DNA of 64,000 nucleotides from Parasitella parasitica NRRL 2501 (GCA_025201805.1 MU619321.1:84044-148043), one strand, 5' to 3'; counted from the stretch's first letter, positions 25,239 through 39,233 are shown. Translations and numbers: made by a program. The notes: generated by a model from the letters alone, not told the origin.

Positions 25239-27727
25239 TTACAGTGCAAATGAGAAAATGGCTTCCATGTCCTCTACTGTTCTAGGCAAAACAAGGTCAG
25301 GATTATCATACCCGTTCTTTGGGTCCCTTATAGCCTTGTCTATATCACGATAGGTATCTAGTAACAATTGGATAGCGCTTGACTGAACCCGCTGATAGTG
25401 CAGTGTTGAAGAAAGCTTCTCCAATTGAGGCGATATATCTGCACTATTCAAAACCAGGAAAGAGTCAAACTCGGACATGGCCTGTGTAAGAGTCTCGGCA
25501 TCCATGTGAAGCAGTGTGGATAGAGGCGTCTATTAGTAGTTGGTTGACATGTATTAATATATATATATTTATATACATTTAATGTGGGTCATTTGCATAT
25601 CTGTTGCATGTACTTTACGTTTTTATCCTTGGCTACCAGTGCTTCTTTGATTTGTGTTAGTCCAGCTTGCTCTATCAGCTTTTTGTATTCTTCTTGCGCC
25701 ATGTCAGTCAGCAGGTCATTTATGCGTGCCGCTATATTCTCTCGTTTCTGTCTGGTAAAGTCGTATGGAATCAAAACAGTTTGTATATGATGTAGACAAT
25801 TGACCATATAGATGTCACGATCTATTTTGTTGAGTCCAGCTACAGATAGCTCACATGTATTCAACAGCGGCTCTATGATTGCATCTAATGTCTCTGAAAA
25901 GTCGAATTCAGGAAATCCTCCCGTGCTATTTGTTGCGACTACAAGTGACGAATCATACGATGCGAGGATTTCTTTCTATACTGTAGAATGAGCACAATAT
26001 AATCCGCACGCAGCTGCCATTCAACGTACCAACTGAATTGCCATATCTCGTACGGTAGGAGCAATCGACAGACTTCTGTTGGGTGTCTAGGGCGAAATCC
26101 TGTGAATGAATGTACCTACCACCGTGAATTATTGTAAAATTACCTCTGCTGATTGCGTCAATCTATCTGCTTGGGCATTTAACGTCTTGAAAAAGTACCT
26201 GTATGCAAGTTCTGTCACCCTACATCAGCATTAGCCATTGAAGCCTCTGCTCGAAAATAGCCTTACTCGTATAAAACCCTTTCCAGCGTGGCATTCCTTC
26301 GCATCAATTTGCTCAAGGTCATTGTGTAAAATTGTATTAGATTTGCTACTTTATACGACGTTATTGCGCCAGGCTGAAGCACAAGCACTTGCTCCATTCG
26401 AGACTTTAGTGGTCTACACGTGCCTTCCATGGCACAGTCTAACAAATCGCCTATTGTGTCGGCCACCTTGACTGTAATGCCACTAGTATTCTCGTATTTC
26501 TCTAAATTTCGTTGAAACAAACTCTCTAGCATTTCCTTTTCTGATGCGCATGCCTGATGCACCCAAGCTAGCATGTCTCCAACGTATCTCAATGGATCTG
26601 GTGCTTGAAGTTCTATAGGGCGAGGCGTGCCTCCAGGGCCACCTTTTGTAAGTGCATTTAAAAAGGCCCTAGCAACGGCATCATGGCGAGCGGATGCAAT
26701 TTGATCGAGAATAGTCCTGCAATGCTCTATCAATACGTTTCCATAACGACCAACCTGGCTTGTAAACTTACTGAAACAAAACAGGCCGCAGCAGCAACGC
26801 TCTTAGTGCCTTTGTTATGAGTGAGCTTACATCAATACTGTCGCCACCAAACGCCGTCCTACTCTCGTATTGCGTCCATTTGTATAGTTTGTCGTATGCG
26901 TTTTCTTGGTACAGTGCCATCAATTCCATGATCTCACGGCTATAAAAAAAAAAAAATAGCGTCGGGCTCAGGGCTTTACTGCCATCTCTTTTAAAGCAAA
27001 ACTTACCCAGCGGTTTGATTCTTTGTCGTCAACAGTAACTGGCAGTCGCTGTGAATCTGCTGCAAATGCTGCAATGCGTCAAAGAACTCATCATCTACAG
27101 GCTCGGATATGTTGCCAAGGGTTTTGATCTCCTGCTCGCTCAATGTAAACTTTGTCAAGAACCTATCCACTACGGCAATCTGCACTGAACAAGCATTACT
27201 GTATTATTTTGCACCATGTCAGCTTCCTCGGCATGGTATCAAAAAATGTTTCCATGTCTTTACCTGCGTTCTTGCATGACGTCTGCTTGTTCAACCATGT
27301 CTACCGTCTGTGATTCTGCCTTCACAATACGCTGCTTCATGTCTTTACACACACTTTCCATTTGGGCCATTTGAGTCTCAAGACATTCGAATTGCTGGTG
27401 TGTATACCACTTAATAGAGCAGCCCTCATTGCAGCGTGTTTCAGAGGATTACCTTACCTTTACTACTTTTTCAAATGCAAGCAAAAACTTTCTGTTGGTC
27501 TCAATCTCCTTCTTTTCAATAGTGCCTCGTAGATTGCGTCGAAGGCTGGTTTCGTCCAGGTCGGGTATGTCGGATAGCGAGGTGAGTGCAGCCTTTATGC
27601 GGGCATCTTCTGTGGCAGACGAGTTGAGCACTTTGGTTAGCTTGGCTGCTAGCGGCTTGTTGGGCCTGTTTGAGATGGATAAAGACGGCGAATCTAGTGC
27701 AGATGTCGGTGGAGGTATCTGCGCCAT
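25239..27727 (-). CDS. COG6: Conserved oligomeric Golgi complex subunit 6 (multi-exon)
   Basis: RRNLRGTIEK near the N-terminus and the diagnostic ALTKGGPGGTPRPIELQAPDPLRYVGDMLAWVHQACASEKE. Confidence 0.93.
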
Positions 27728-27932
27728 GCTATTATTGCTGAGGAAAGAAGGACGATTAAACGCGCAAATACCAAATACTCATAATGCATTTTGAAAGGGC
27801 GTTTTACCTCCAAAATGCCCCCCTATAAAACAGGGCTTGTGACGCCAAACTTGGCTTTACTTTACTTTCCTTTTCTTTTGCTTGTTCATTTTCTTTTTTC
27901 TATTTCTTTTCACGCAAGCAAACAACCAAGAC

Positions 27933-30900
27933 ATGACTGACTTAGCATCGAGATTGCTGCTACAGCTCAAAGATTACGCCACCTGTGATGATGATCTTGC
28001 AGTCAAAATCAGAAAGACCGTGCTGGAACCGTTCCAAGTAGACGTAGCACGACTAGACAGCGTTCGGAAACCACCACCTACACCTGCTCGCTTCAAGCAA
28101 ATGGCCACCCAATTGGCCCCCATTGCCATGCGAATTGTCAACCAGAACATTGAAGCCCTTGTCGACTTGAAACGAGCAAAAACCGCAAACTACACCATCG
28201 CAGTGAATTGCCTCGTCGACACCTCGTTTTACGCTCTATCCGCATTGCGCCACATGAACAGCTTTACTGCCTTGAAGCCTCTGGACATTGAAAAGACAAC
28301 GTCAAATTTAATCTGCAAAATGGTCGAGCTGGGAGAGGTAGTGTACGCATATCCGCACGCAATGTCGCTTTACTGAAACGCTCTCTAGTACAATAGAGCT
28401 TTGGACGAGCTTTTAAAGTTTCGCTCCCTGTTAGCAAGTGTGGCCAAAGTCGAGCTCAACACTGCATCAAAATCAAACGATAAATCCCCATGTTTGACAA
28501 AGCCCTTGGTGCCTCTCAAGGGTGTATTGACAGAGACATTCAACAACCAACCCGCAGCCAGGCAAAATATTGCACCCGAACCCATCATCAAAAATCAGTG
28601 GGAGGATGACATGTTGAACAACTATGCAGACCTATTCCAGTTCCCCGTAAAGCCCAGCATCAGCGATCGTACTATGGTTTTGTTGATCTTGGCCTATCAA
28701 ATGAATGCAATTAGATGTTGGAGCGAACTACAAGATGGCGCATTGGCAAAGGTACGGCTGTTTATCACTTTGTTGTTTTTGTTTTTGTGGTCCAAAATTA
28801 ACCTCTGTTGCTGCTGTGTAGTATCTACCTTACTTTATGGAGAGAGCTGGGAATTTCTTTGACTGGTGCCAGCACCTGCTCGAAATTGATTCCCCAACGG
28901 CTAAAAAGCAGTTGGACACGCTACAGCGGTTATTGTACAAGGTCGCCAACAAGTTTCCGTTAACAGGTAAGAAGCCAAATGCAAGCATTGTGGGGAGTGG
29001 GGGGGAGGGGCTTCATCTGTATGCTTACATTGCTTGGTAGAAGAAGCAGCCTACCATTCTCATAGTATCCAGGCAGTTGCACTGAGAGCCTTGACCATGT
29101 CGGGCTCTGTTCCGTTGAAATTAGTGCTGGAACGTATGGTTCGAATAGGCATAACTTATGAGAAATCAACCAAACAAAGTAAGTGGTACATTTTTGGCTG
29201 AATATCAGCTACTAAAGGGGGGCGGGTATGCAGCATCTTATAGCCACCTCCAAAAATGTTGCAACGAGTTCTTGCAAAATGCACAGCCCAACATCGACAA
29301 TTTATCAGAGATGGACTCGTATTTTGTACTTTGTGAATATTCCGCCTACGTGTCTAGAAAAGCGAAAAGCTACAAGGGCGCATTCTATGCTTACAAATAC
29401 ATGATCCGACCGTTACGAGACATCATCGAGAGCAAATCATGCAACTACTATTATGCTGCTTATGCTGCCAATGCAAAGCTAGCTCTGGGATCTGTGCAAA
29501 TGGACAAGATGGTTTTGGACGACACATGTATAGTATTGCATCTTTCACGCCCTATTTATAAATACTAAATAACAGCGTCTGCTAGTTGCTGATATCACTA
29601 CTACACTGAACGAATCAATGGCATGTCTTGGTCTAATATCATTATCAACGGTAGAAAATCAGACCCAAGATGGCCATTGCGAGCAGGCTCTATACAATTT
29701 GTGCAAGAGTATAGAAGGGTTCCGTCTCAGCTGCAAACGACTGTTTGAATTCATCTCTGAAAAGACAAAAGAAGCCCTCCAACTTGAAAATGAGCCTTTC
29801 AAGACGCCCCCTCGGCAAGAAGACCTTGTCACCCCAACTGACTTTGGGCAGTGGAACTCTATTGTCACTTGCATAAACGACGTTCTCCAACGATGCAGCG
29901 AGACATTACTCACAAACCTCTGCGCTGCTAAAAAGACATGCCGCACCAAACGAACCGCAACACAAGACGATATTATGACCTCTTTGGTTGACATCATGGT
30001 TTTGCTGGCACGCATGCAATTCAGCATCAAGGACGAGGATAGTTTCTCGCAAGCCTACGAGTATCTATCGACTGCAGAACAAATGTGTGCTGAAAAGGAA
30101 TTCACTAGCGGATACCGGTGGCTATCTGGCTCCTACTACAATCTTGGCACTGCTATGATCAAGGCCGAAATGTATTCGCAAGCAATCTACCCCATGCGTA
30201 AATCAAGCTCTACGTTGGAAAAGGATACTGAACGAGCCAATTCGGATGAAGGACGGCTTCAGTTGTGCAAACGGTATGAAATTTTGGGTATTTGCTGCCA
30301 AAAGACCAAACGCTTTGACGACGCCATCTCTGCGTTCCGTCTTGCGCTCAAGCGTATCCCTGCTTCTGAAATCAAGAGATTTGTAAACAACGCCGATACA
30401 ACCGCTGTCTCAACTGTCATGGAGCAAGATTCTCTTATACCCAAACTGATAGATCGTTTTCTCAGAGCGTCTGTCATTGACCCAGAACAAGAAAGCATCC
30501 ATTTTGCAAGCGAATACATCAATCTGTCTGCCTTGGATCCGATCCAGAAATGCTTTGTCTATGAATGCGAGCTAAAGGTCTGGCATTTGCTCTCTCTGAA
30601 GATGAAGCTGTACAAGTATGAGTTGTTCATTATCGAGAGGCTGTTGCAAATGTACAATGCAACCAAGTACCCAATTCGCAGGGCAAGGTAAGACGCCGAC
30701 TAAAGATTACTCAATAGAAGCTAAAACACACTTGCGCTAGAGTGCTTTTGAGTCGAGTTCGAATTGAGAGAAACAAGCCCGCAGACAGAGACGAATGTAC
30801 AAAAGCAGCATTGGCTTGTGCCAAGGAAGCAAACAGTCTGCTCAAAGTCCAAGACTATGCTCAAGACACCAGCCTGCTGAATTATCGTAGACATTATTTG

Positions 30901-33900
30901 GCCCTCTCCAATTCATGGATGACCATTTGTTGCAGGGAGTTGAAGGAACCATCACCCAGTACATTTAGATCAGCGCTGCAACAGTGGGGTATTCTGCTTA
31001 AAAAAATCACACCCATCTACTACTATGGTGACTCTTCGAAATTGGACATCAAACAGGTATACGACGAAATTGATGATTTGGACCAGTTCTATGACCATAT
31101 GCGCATGCTTGTAGATTTGTTTGGTATCACTGGGGATATCATGCATCAAATCTGTGCACTGCGCATACTGCTCAAGTTGAATAACGGCTTACGAGATGTC
31201 CAAGTAGACCACATATCAGAATCAATCATCCTCAGTTCAACCATTGGCAAACTATACTGTAAACTTGGCTACACTGGAAAAGCAGCGGTAGAGTTCAGAC
31301 ATGCTGGAAATGCTGTATCAAACAAACCGTGTAATAGTCATGCTGAGCTGGTGTATCGCGTGAATTATTCATACTATCTAGCATGTATTGGCGATTATGA
31401 CACAAGGCAAGTTGAATGTATGCACTTTTTTTTTTTTTATTTTTTTTTATTTACTTATTTATTTACTCGTACTCATTCCTAGCGTAGTAAGGAAGTGTTT
31501 AATGCCACAAAAATTGTATGGCAAAACACGCCAATCGTTGACCAACGAGATCCACTTACAACTGTCAAATCATACACTACACGTTGCATACTCCTAGCAG
31601 ATATTTACCTGGCGCTTTCCCTCATTCAAGCCAAGACAGAAGATCTTGATTCTGCCATTGACAGCGCTACAGCCTCTCTCCAGCTTTTGAACAAATGCAT
31701 TCAAATTGTACAAAAGTCGCAGGAAAAGCAACAAGGCACCACAGAGCTTGAGGATCCATTCAACGCACCTCCACCGGAACAGCAAGAAGCCCGTAAAATT
31801 GTGTTTCGCGAATCTCAATGGAAATTGGCAGAAAAGACTAGCAGCTGTTTACACACACTGGCCGAATTACTGGTACACAAGGGCTCCCCCAACGAAGCAA
31901 AATACTTTGTAAAGCAAGCCCCCTTATTAGCTGAAAAGGTGAATTCCACTTCTATGCTTTTTGATGCTCATTTGGAAGCGTGTGATTTCTATCTGAGATG
32001 TGGCGATGTGAGCAAATCTCAAGATGAACTAGAAATTGCTATGCGTTTCCGGGATCCAGAGGGCTTAGCTCTGGTAAAACTCAAAGTTGCGATGGCTAAT
32101 CTTGCTGTAGCCAATGAATATTACGACATTGCAGTAGAGACGTTCGATGGCGCAAACGATTTACTGGTACATCTGTCAGATAAAAAGGAGATCGTGACAT
32201 TAGAGGAGCTGATTGATGCGAATGAAGAACGTAAACGAGGCAAGGTGAATTTTGCAGGCCAAGCTGATGGTAAGGAAAACTCGACAAGTAAACTCAAGTC
32301 TATGAGACTCACATTACTGTCAACTATAGACTCTGAACTGTTTGACTGCCTGCCTTTACGGCAATTCCTCGTCTCCAACACTATTAGCAAAGGTAAAAAA
32401 AAAAAGCAAAGGTCATGAACGAGCACAGACATCTAAGAACCTAAAAAAACATACACACAAAATAGCTCAAGCTCTTGCTGAAAAAGGTGAAATTGAAGAT
32501 GCTCTCAAAATTTTAGAGTCATTACAAGGAGCGGATTTGAGCAATTCTAATGAAATCGAAACAATTGCAGTAACGGGACACCTGAGGCTACGAATGATAC
32601 GCCAGGACTTTTCAATGCATCCAAAACAAAGGCTCTTATTCAACGAAACAGTCGCTTTGCCAGCAATGAAAACACAGCTGGCTCGTAGTGGTGCTGGTGG
32701 CCTTATCAAGAAACCTGCCGGTGACTCTGACCTACGGGCAATGCGAGATGCCTTGACGCTGTCAATGAACCATATGTCGGATGCACAGAAAAATGGCTGG
32801 AATCGGCAACGTGCCATCACTATCCAGAATCTATGCAAAGACGCAAGCTATGCAATGGTCTTGAGCCATCAAATGGCCAGCAACAGTCGTATGATGGTTA
32901 ACAACTATTCTCTACACAGCTCATATTACCTGTCTATGGCCAACGGTGTCAATATGCGTCGTGAGATGCAATATTGCCTTGGGATCAAGCTCAACCAGTC
33001 CTTTGCCGGCCATGCGCCAAGTGATAAAGAATGGCCTATGAGCTCTGAAGAGAAGCAAGATTATTATGAGCGACTTGCAAGAATGTCGCGCAATCCTAAT
33101 TGGCTCCAAGGGCATTTAAAGACATTGCAGGAACTTTATCATGAAGAATCCGAGACGAACGACGCTGAATTTCAAGCAAAATTTGTCGATATCTTGCCTG
33201 CCAACTGGACCATTTGCTCACTTAGTTTGGATACAGGAAACGGTGATTTATACGCAGTTCAACTGAGAGCAAAGGAGCCACCTTTCGCTGTAAAGTTGCC
33301 CTTGGATCGTGCTAACCATCGTCCTGGTAACAGCAGCTCCTACGATAGTGAGCAGTACGTCGATGCCGTTGCCGAACTAAAAGATATCATTCAGGGCAGT
33401 GACGAGACTATTACCAATAGCGTCAACTGCAATCAAGCTGGTCAAATTGAAGCTTGGTGGAATACTCGTAAAAGCCTCGATGCAAGATTGAAAAAGCTGC
33501 TGGAGAATATAGAAAACCAATGGTTGAGTGGATTCAAGGGGATTCTGGTTGGGCGCAACAGAGAATACAAAGAAGAGGTGGTTAAATTTCACAAAGCAAT
33601 GAATGAGATCATCTCCAAGACAGTGAACGGAGTCATTGCGACAAAGCTAAGGGTTGAGTTGAGCCTGGCTTTCTGTCGCACAGTTGTCCGTCTAGGTCGA
33701 CACCCTACCACTCGTGATTTGGAGGACGTTGCTTACTTTGCCTTGTCATGCTACGAAACGCAAGATATCCGAATTGATTATACCCAGATCGACTTTAAAA
33801 AGGTAAATTGATTATTTCTGGAGAAAGACCTCCTTACCTAACTGTGCCGTCTAGCTGATTGAACATATTCGACTCTTGATTACTCGCTACCATGAAAGAT

Positions 33901-34700
33901 CCGTTATGGCTGGTATTGATTCCACCAAAAATATACCCAATGACCACATCATCCTCATCCTGGATAAACACTTGCAAATGTTCCCCGTAGAATCCATGCC
34001 CGTTCTTCGCTCACAACCTGCTTCTCGATTACCATGCTTATCATTTCTCAGGGACCGCATTTTATACACACAATCTCAAAACGCAAAAGAGGCGTATGAT
34101 GATTTTGGATTCTCGGCCCCTAGCGAATGGGCAGATTTAACTGTGTCTAGGGATAGCGCTTTTTACGTGCTGAATCCTGGTGGCGATCTAAAAGACACTC
34201 AAAAGGAGTTTGAGCCTATTTTCAGGGACATGTCTGGATGGGATGGAGTCATTGAAACCATGCCTATGGAATTACAATGCAGAGATGCGCTACAATCACG
34301 AGACGTATACATGTATTTTGGCCACAGTGCGGGACAAGCGTTTATGAGAGGTACGACGGTAAGGCAACTTCCTACCTGTGCTGTATCTCTCTTGATGGGA
34401 TGTAGCAGTGGCATCATGGAGGCAAAGGGCGAATTCGATCTAAATGGTTATGTGCTGAATTATTTACTTGCGGGAAGCCCTGCCGTGGTTGCCAATTTAT
34501 GGGATGTAACAGATAGAAGTATCGACAAGCTGACAAAATACATGTTGCACACTTGGGGAATGCTGAAAAAATCAAACGACACATCCAAATCACTCGTACA
34601 GGCAGTTGCTCTATCAAGAAATCAATGCAAATTGAGCTATCTTATAGGGGCTGCTCCTGTTGTTTACGGTATTCCTGTATACTTGAATAATGCTAAATGA
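27933..34700 (+). CDS. ESP1: Separase (peptidase C50; Esp1/Cut1), multi-exon
   Basis: Long helical-repeat N-terminus; WWNTRKSLDARLKKLLENIE..WL; SRLP; YVLNPGGDL; catalytic YFGH and LMGCSS; VANLWDVTD; GAAPVVYGIP. Confidence 0.95.
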
Positions 34701-34761
34701 TTGAATATTTGTAGATTTCATCATGTAAATAAAATGCTTTATTTGTGAATTTTTATATTGT

Positions 34762-36048
34762 TCACCAAGGCTGAGGAGGGCGATATGGTTGTGGAGGAAG
34801 GTGGGGAGGTACATTCATCGAAGCAGCCGGCGGAGGGACGTAATAGCCTTGTCTTGGTTGTTGCTGAGACCCGGGGCCATTATTAGCTGGAGGATAAGGG
34901 CTAAATTGTTGGTTTGAAGAATTGATAGGTTGAGATGATGGCGTCTGACCAACAAGGGAAGGAGGAGTTTGGATATATGATGGGTGCATTTGCTGTTGCA
35001 AATGCTGTTGGGGCTGCTGCTTTGGCTGCTGTTGGTATTGAGGCTGTTGTGCCTGAGATTGCTGTGCCTGAGGTGGCTGCTGCGTCTGAGGATGTTGGTG
35101 CGATGGATTTACAGAAGCAATATTGGGTGTTGTCATAGCAGATGAGCTGCTATTAATGTTTGTGCTCATAGAATTACTAGACGGAGGGCAATATGGAACA
35201 GTGCCAGAAGATGTCATTTTTGGAGACAAGCTAGTTAATTCCTTCACAGAAGATTTCTCTTTGGCTTCTGTTTCATTTGTCAGAAAAGAAGCTATTACAT
35301 GCATGTTAGTAGACTTTTTTTTTTTCATTTTACTACGACTATTGTCAAACCTAATTCAGCAGGAGTCAATCTATGAAGCTTCTTGGCTTGCTCTTCGTTC
35401 ACCACATTGTGCTCTTTAGTCACGCTCAAAGACTGGATCAATTGATCCAATTTGTCTCTAATGTCAATCAAAGTCGAGATTTCAGCTGTATCTTGCTGTC
35501 GTTGCTTGGTCTGATTAGCTTTATCATAAATGGTAACTTTAAGCAAGTTATTGATAGAGATGGCATGTGTAATATCAATGTCATCTACTGTGTCGTTAGT
35601 TTACCGCTGGTTACTGGATAATCATGCATCTAGCCTTACACACCTAATAAACTAATCATATCTCCCTCTACATGTATTGAGCACACAATGAAACTCGGCA
35701 TTAATAATGATGATTTAAAGATTATTTATGCACGCAGACAATATACCTTCATCTTGATATTTCAGCGTAATGTCTTCTGAAGATTTGATATCTTGCTTAA
35801 ATACGCGATACATCATCACGCATAGCCTATTGCCACGGTTATTTCGTTATTCTGAAGCAAAATCTTAACTTACTCATCATAGGTTGGTACGCCATTAATA
35901 GGTATGCGACGAATATCATTTCCAAAACGGCCTAATTGCTGTGTATTAGTTTTACTTGTTACATGTTGTCAGTATTACATTTAATATAGTTACATTTCAC
36001 AATGATATCTCCCGTAACAATCTTTCGAAGATTAGTGTAATCAGTCAT
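34762..36048 (-). CDS. TFG-like protein (PB1 domain, short coiled coil, Pro/Gln-rich tail)
   Basis: Spliced reading gives GDIIVK|..RFGNDIRRIPINGVPTYDE|LCVMMYRVFKQ..ITLKYQDE|GDMIS..HAISINNLLKVTI..LIDIRDKLDQLIQSL, then a P/Q-rich region; this parallels animal TFG (DIRRIPI..ITYDELVLMMQRVF). Confidence 0.8.
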
Positions 36049-36878
36049 ACCAGTAGCAGGAAAAGTTAGGAAAAGTGTAGGCGAAAAAAAAAAAAAAAAA
36101 AAAAAATCTTGAAGAGGTCTTTCGATACACACCTGACACTTTCGCCGTTTAGAAGTGTCCTAAGGATGCGTGTTGCATAGGCATTTACACTGTAAAACGA
36201 CAGAACATAGTTCAGCAAGTAAAATCCCAAGATCTAGCTGTCAAAATCCCATGGATCAGCCAAAATAAAATTTTCGTATTTAGATTTGAGCATGCTTTTT
36301 CTAGTAAGTTTCTTTAATTTTGCGAGTAAGTGGAGGTGAAGTTGTCGAAACGAACAATATGCAGAATTGCAAGACGATGAAAGTTTCGTAGCGATCTACT
36401 AATCAATACAATGATAAAGATGGGAAATCCACATAATTTACATCCTCAGATGAGGTTTAATCTCTATAGAAATCTATATAAACTTACACGTTATGCGTAT
36501 ATGATCAAAGGGAAGAATCCTTGAGGGTTTTGTTATCGAAAATGAATTTTTTGAAGTGTCTGATCAGGTAGTTTACATAAAAACTTTGGTATTACTATTA
36601 TGAGGAATTAGCTATCCATGGGCTTTTCTTTGAGAAGAATCTCCTATTTTTGAATGTTACCATGCCCTGAATGCTTCTTGTTCCTGTAAACTTGATATTC
36701 AGCAAAAGATTTGCTACTACAACAAAATTAGGATATCGAATATTATCTATGACTGATCGTCAAACATACATCCGTTTTTTTTTACAACTGTCATTTGCCA
36801 TCTCGTTTCACTGTTTAGCCATATTTAATCCTGAGAGGTTTCGATGCTATGGAATTCACTCAGACATTAGTATTCGAA

Positions 36879-36880
<2 letters not shown>

Positions 36881-36948
<68 letters not shown>
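36881..36948 (+). repeat. Poly(A) tract (68 nt)
   Basis: Seen directly; the length may be inaccurate in the assembly. Confidence 0.9.
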
Positions 36949-36950
<2 letters not shown>

Positions 36951-37248
36951 AGGCCATGACACATACATATAGTAGATGTGATGATACTGACTTATTGTGA
37001 TTACCAACCCCTTAGATTTGTCTCAAGAGTGTGGCAATAACACTCGATACTTGAAAATCGCCATAAATTATGATGCAAACAGAGAGCTGCCAATGTATAG
37101 TTGCTATTTTGGAAGAGGTGACGCACAAAACGCAAACACAAAACAAAGCATTAGGAGCAGTCTGGGTTTGCGTCGTAAATGTGGTAATAGTGGATGCTTG
37201 CTACAAACAACAATAAGTTTCGAGGTTGGCAGTATTAGCCACTCCCCT

Positions 37249-37268
37249 NNNNNNNNNNNNNNNNNNNN
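37249..37268. other. Assembly gap (20 N)
   Basis: Run of n characters. Confidence 1.
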
Positions 37269-37378
37269 TTTTGCTTACTTGCTTACTTGCTTGCTTATTT
37301 TATACGAATAATTTTTCTTTATCTCTTTCTTTCTCTTTCTCTTTTTCCTTCTTGTTCTTATATCCTTAGAGTGTCAAA

Positions 37379-37696
37379 ATGGGATTTATTGAAAAGTTAA
37401 AAACACAATATGATTTGCACCAAGTGAACAGATACACCAAACGACGAGAAGCACAGTCTGATTTCGAATTCAAGGACAAAGATTACTATCGAGCTACATA
37501 CCGAGACGGTGTGTATTCTTGTGAAGACAGTATGCCTTCATTCTCTCGTAGATCATCATCTTCTTCTCGTAGATCAGTTGGTGCATGGTTTACGGTGCCT
37601 GAATTGCTTCGAAAAACCACCAAAAAGAAGAGAAGGTCGCTCGCAACTGAACAAAATAAAACTTCAGAATCATATACGCTGGGTCTCTCATGCTAA
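37379..37696 (+). CDS. Small fungal hypothetical protein
   Basis: 105-aa ORF after a pyrimidine-rich leader. [23 protein letters not shown]...YRDGVY resembles a small conserved fungal family (K.ELY..E.RYT.R...Y.DG.Y), from memory. Confidence 0.65.
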   Translation: MGFIEKLKTQYDLHQVNRYTKRREAQSDFEFKDKDYYRATYRDGVYSCEDSMPSFSRRSSSSSRRSVGAWFTVPELLRKTTKKKRRSLATEQNKTSESYTLGLSC

Positions 37697-39233
37697 CAAA
37701 ATACATACACATGGTACATACTATACACTCTTATTTTATACAATCTAATACAAATAACAATAATAAATGTACGTAAACATAACATCATCATTCATGATCT
37801 ACTAGTGTCATTTCCTCATATAGCCATAACATGAAATGCTAATGTTATGCTGGGCATGGAATATGTTTGGAGGCAAATATATGCATGTATATATTTATAT
37901 ATATATTGATATGGTCCTTACACTCTCCTAGCCATCCCCTATCTCCATTTTCTTCTTTTCTATATCTCTATCTCTTTCGCCGTTTCCCAGGATTGATATC
38001 ACATTACACAAAAGCGAAGAAACATGACTATAAATCCAGTAGTTTTTCCGCATTATGATACATTATAACCTTAATAATAGTGTATGTAAGCAAGGAAACA
38101 AAAGGGTAAAGGGCTTTCATGCACACGGGGAAAAGACATATCATTGGTTTACGGCTGTCATTCTAGAGATCTACTATATGCTCTTGCTCTTGTTACTACA
38201 GCGATCTCCCTAAAAGACGAAGAAAAGGGAATGGACAGGTTATATAATAAATTGCCTTTTTTGATCTAGCAGCTTATTTGAACATTTATGAACATTACAC
38301 TACGTAAATTTCCCAAGTATCACACGATGCTTATTAATGATAAATGTATAGAATTAATTCTAATTATTATCGTTTATATTGTACAAGCCTTCTCTGAAAG
38401 AAATAACTTGATGTCACAGCAAACAATGAAAAGAAGGTGCATTTTATATACAAAGATATGATAAACTATACTATGACACTAACACGTGAGATCAGAGATG
38501 GGACGACAGTTGTAATATAGAATAAATTGCAAAAAGTAGTAGACAAATGTTTACTCTTGTACCTGATATAGTTTCCAAGTTCACGTGTGCATTATTCAAT
38601 TGTAAGATTGGGAATAATCAACGTATTCTTCTATTCAAACGATATTGTATAGTTAAATGTAAATTATATAAATATCTTATTATAATGAATACCAGTTGCT
38701 TAAGAATGAATTGTAATTTGTACTATATCAATGCTATATTAATAAATAATAAAAAAGGGCAGAGTTAGATAATACTATATAAAGCAACACAAAATCGAAC
38801 ACAACAAAATTATGTCAAAAAGCCATTTTGAGCAATCTAATTTCGCCCTGTACAACAAGAACAATGTCCAAGATGCTAATTAATTTAGCAACATATAATA
38901 GATCATGGCCTTCAATGACCAAGTATCAGACAGCTTATGTATAGAGGACATTACAGACATTGATAAAATGTCATGAAAGCAAGACAACAGATAATGAAGC
39001 ACCAGCGACTGTTTGACGAGGTTTATAAAAAGCTGTGCCTTGCAAACGACGATGTATATGATAACTGCAAGTTAAACAACCGCATCCACAGCACAACTAA
39101 TTTATTCTTGATTGATTGTATGTATAAATATAACATGTATATAAGACCTATCCCTCTTTTTCTCTAATCTTTTGTTTTTATCATATTATCTTTTTTTTTT
39201 TCTTTTTTTTTTTTTTTACATCCTAGGAACGAC

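Noticed and set aside
34312-34335. Separase catalytic His context YFGHSAG instead of the usual GHG(S/G)G
   Set aside because: The catalytic His and Cys are both intact, so this is probably lineage variation rather than inactivation.
36671-37311. ORFs containing poly-Lys and X runs
   Set aside because: Produced by the poly(A) tract and the N gap; no protein-like features.
38776-39167. TATA-like box followed by short ORFs
   Set aside because: The ORFs are short, stop-interrupted and without recognisable motifs; a gene cannot be supported.
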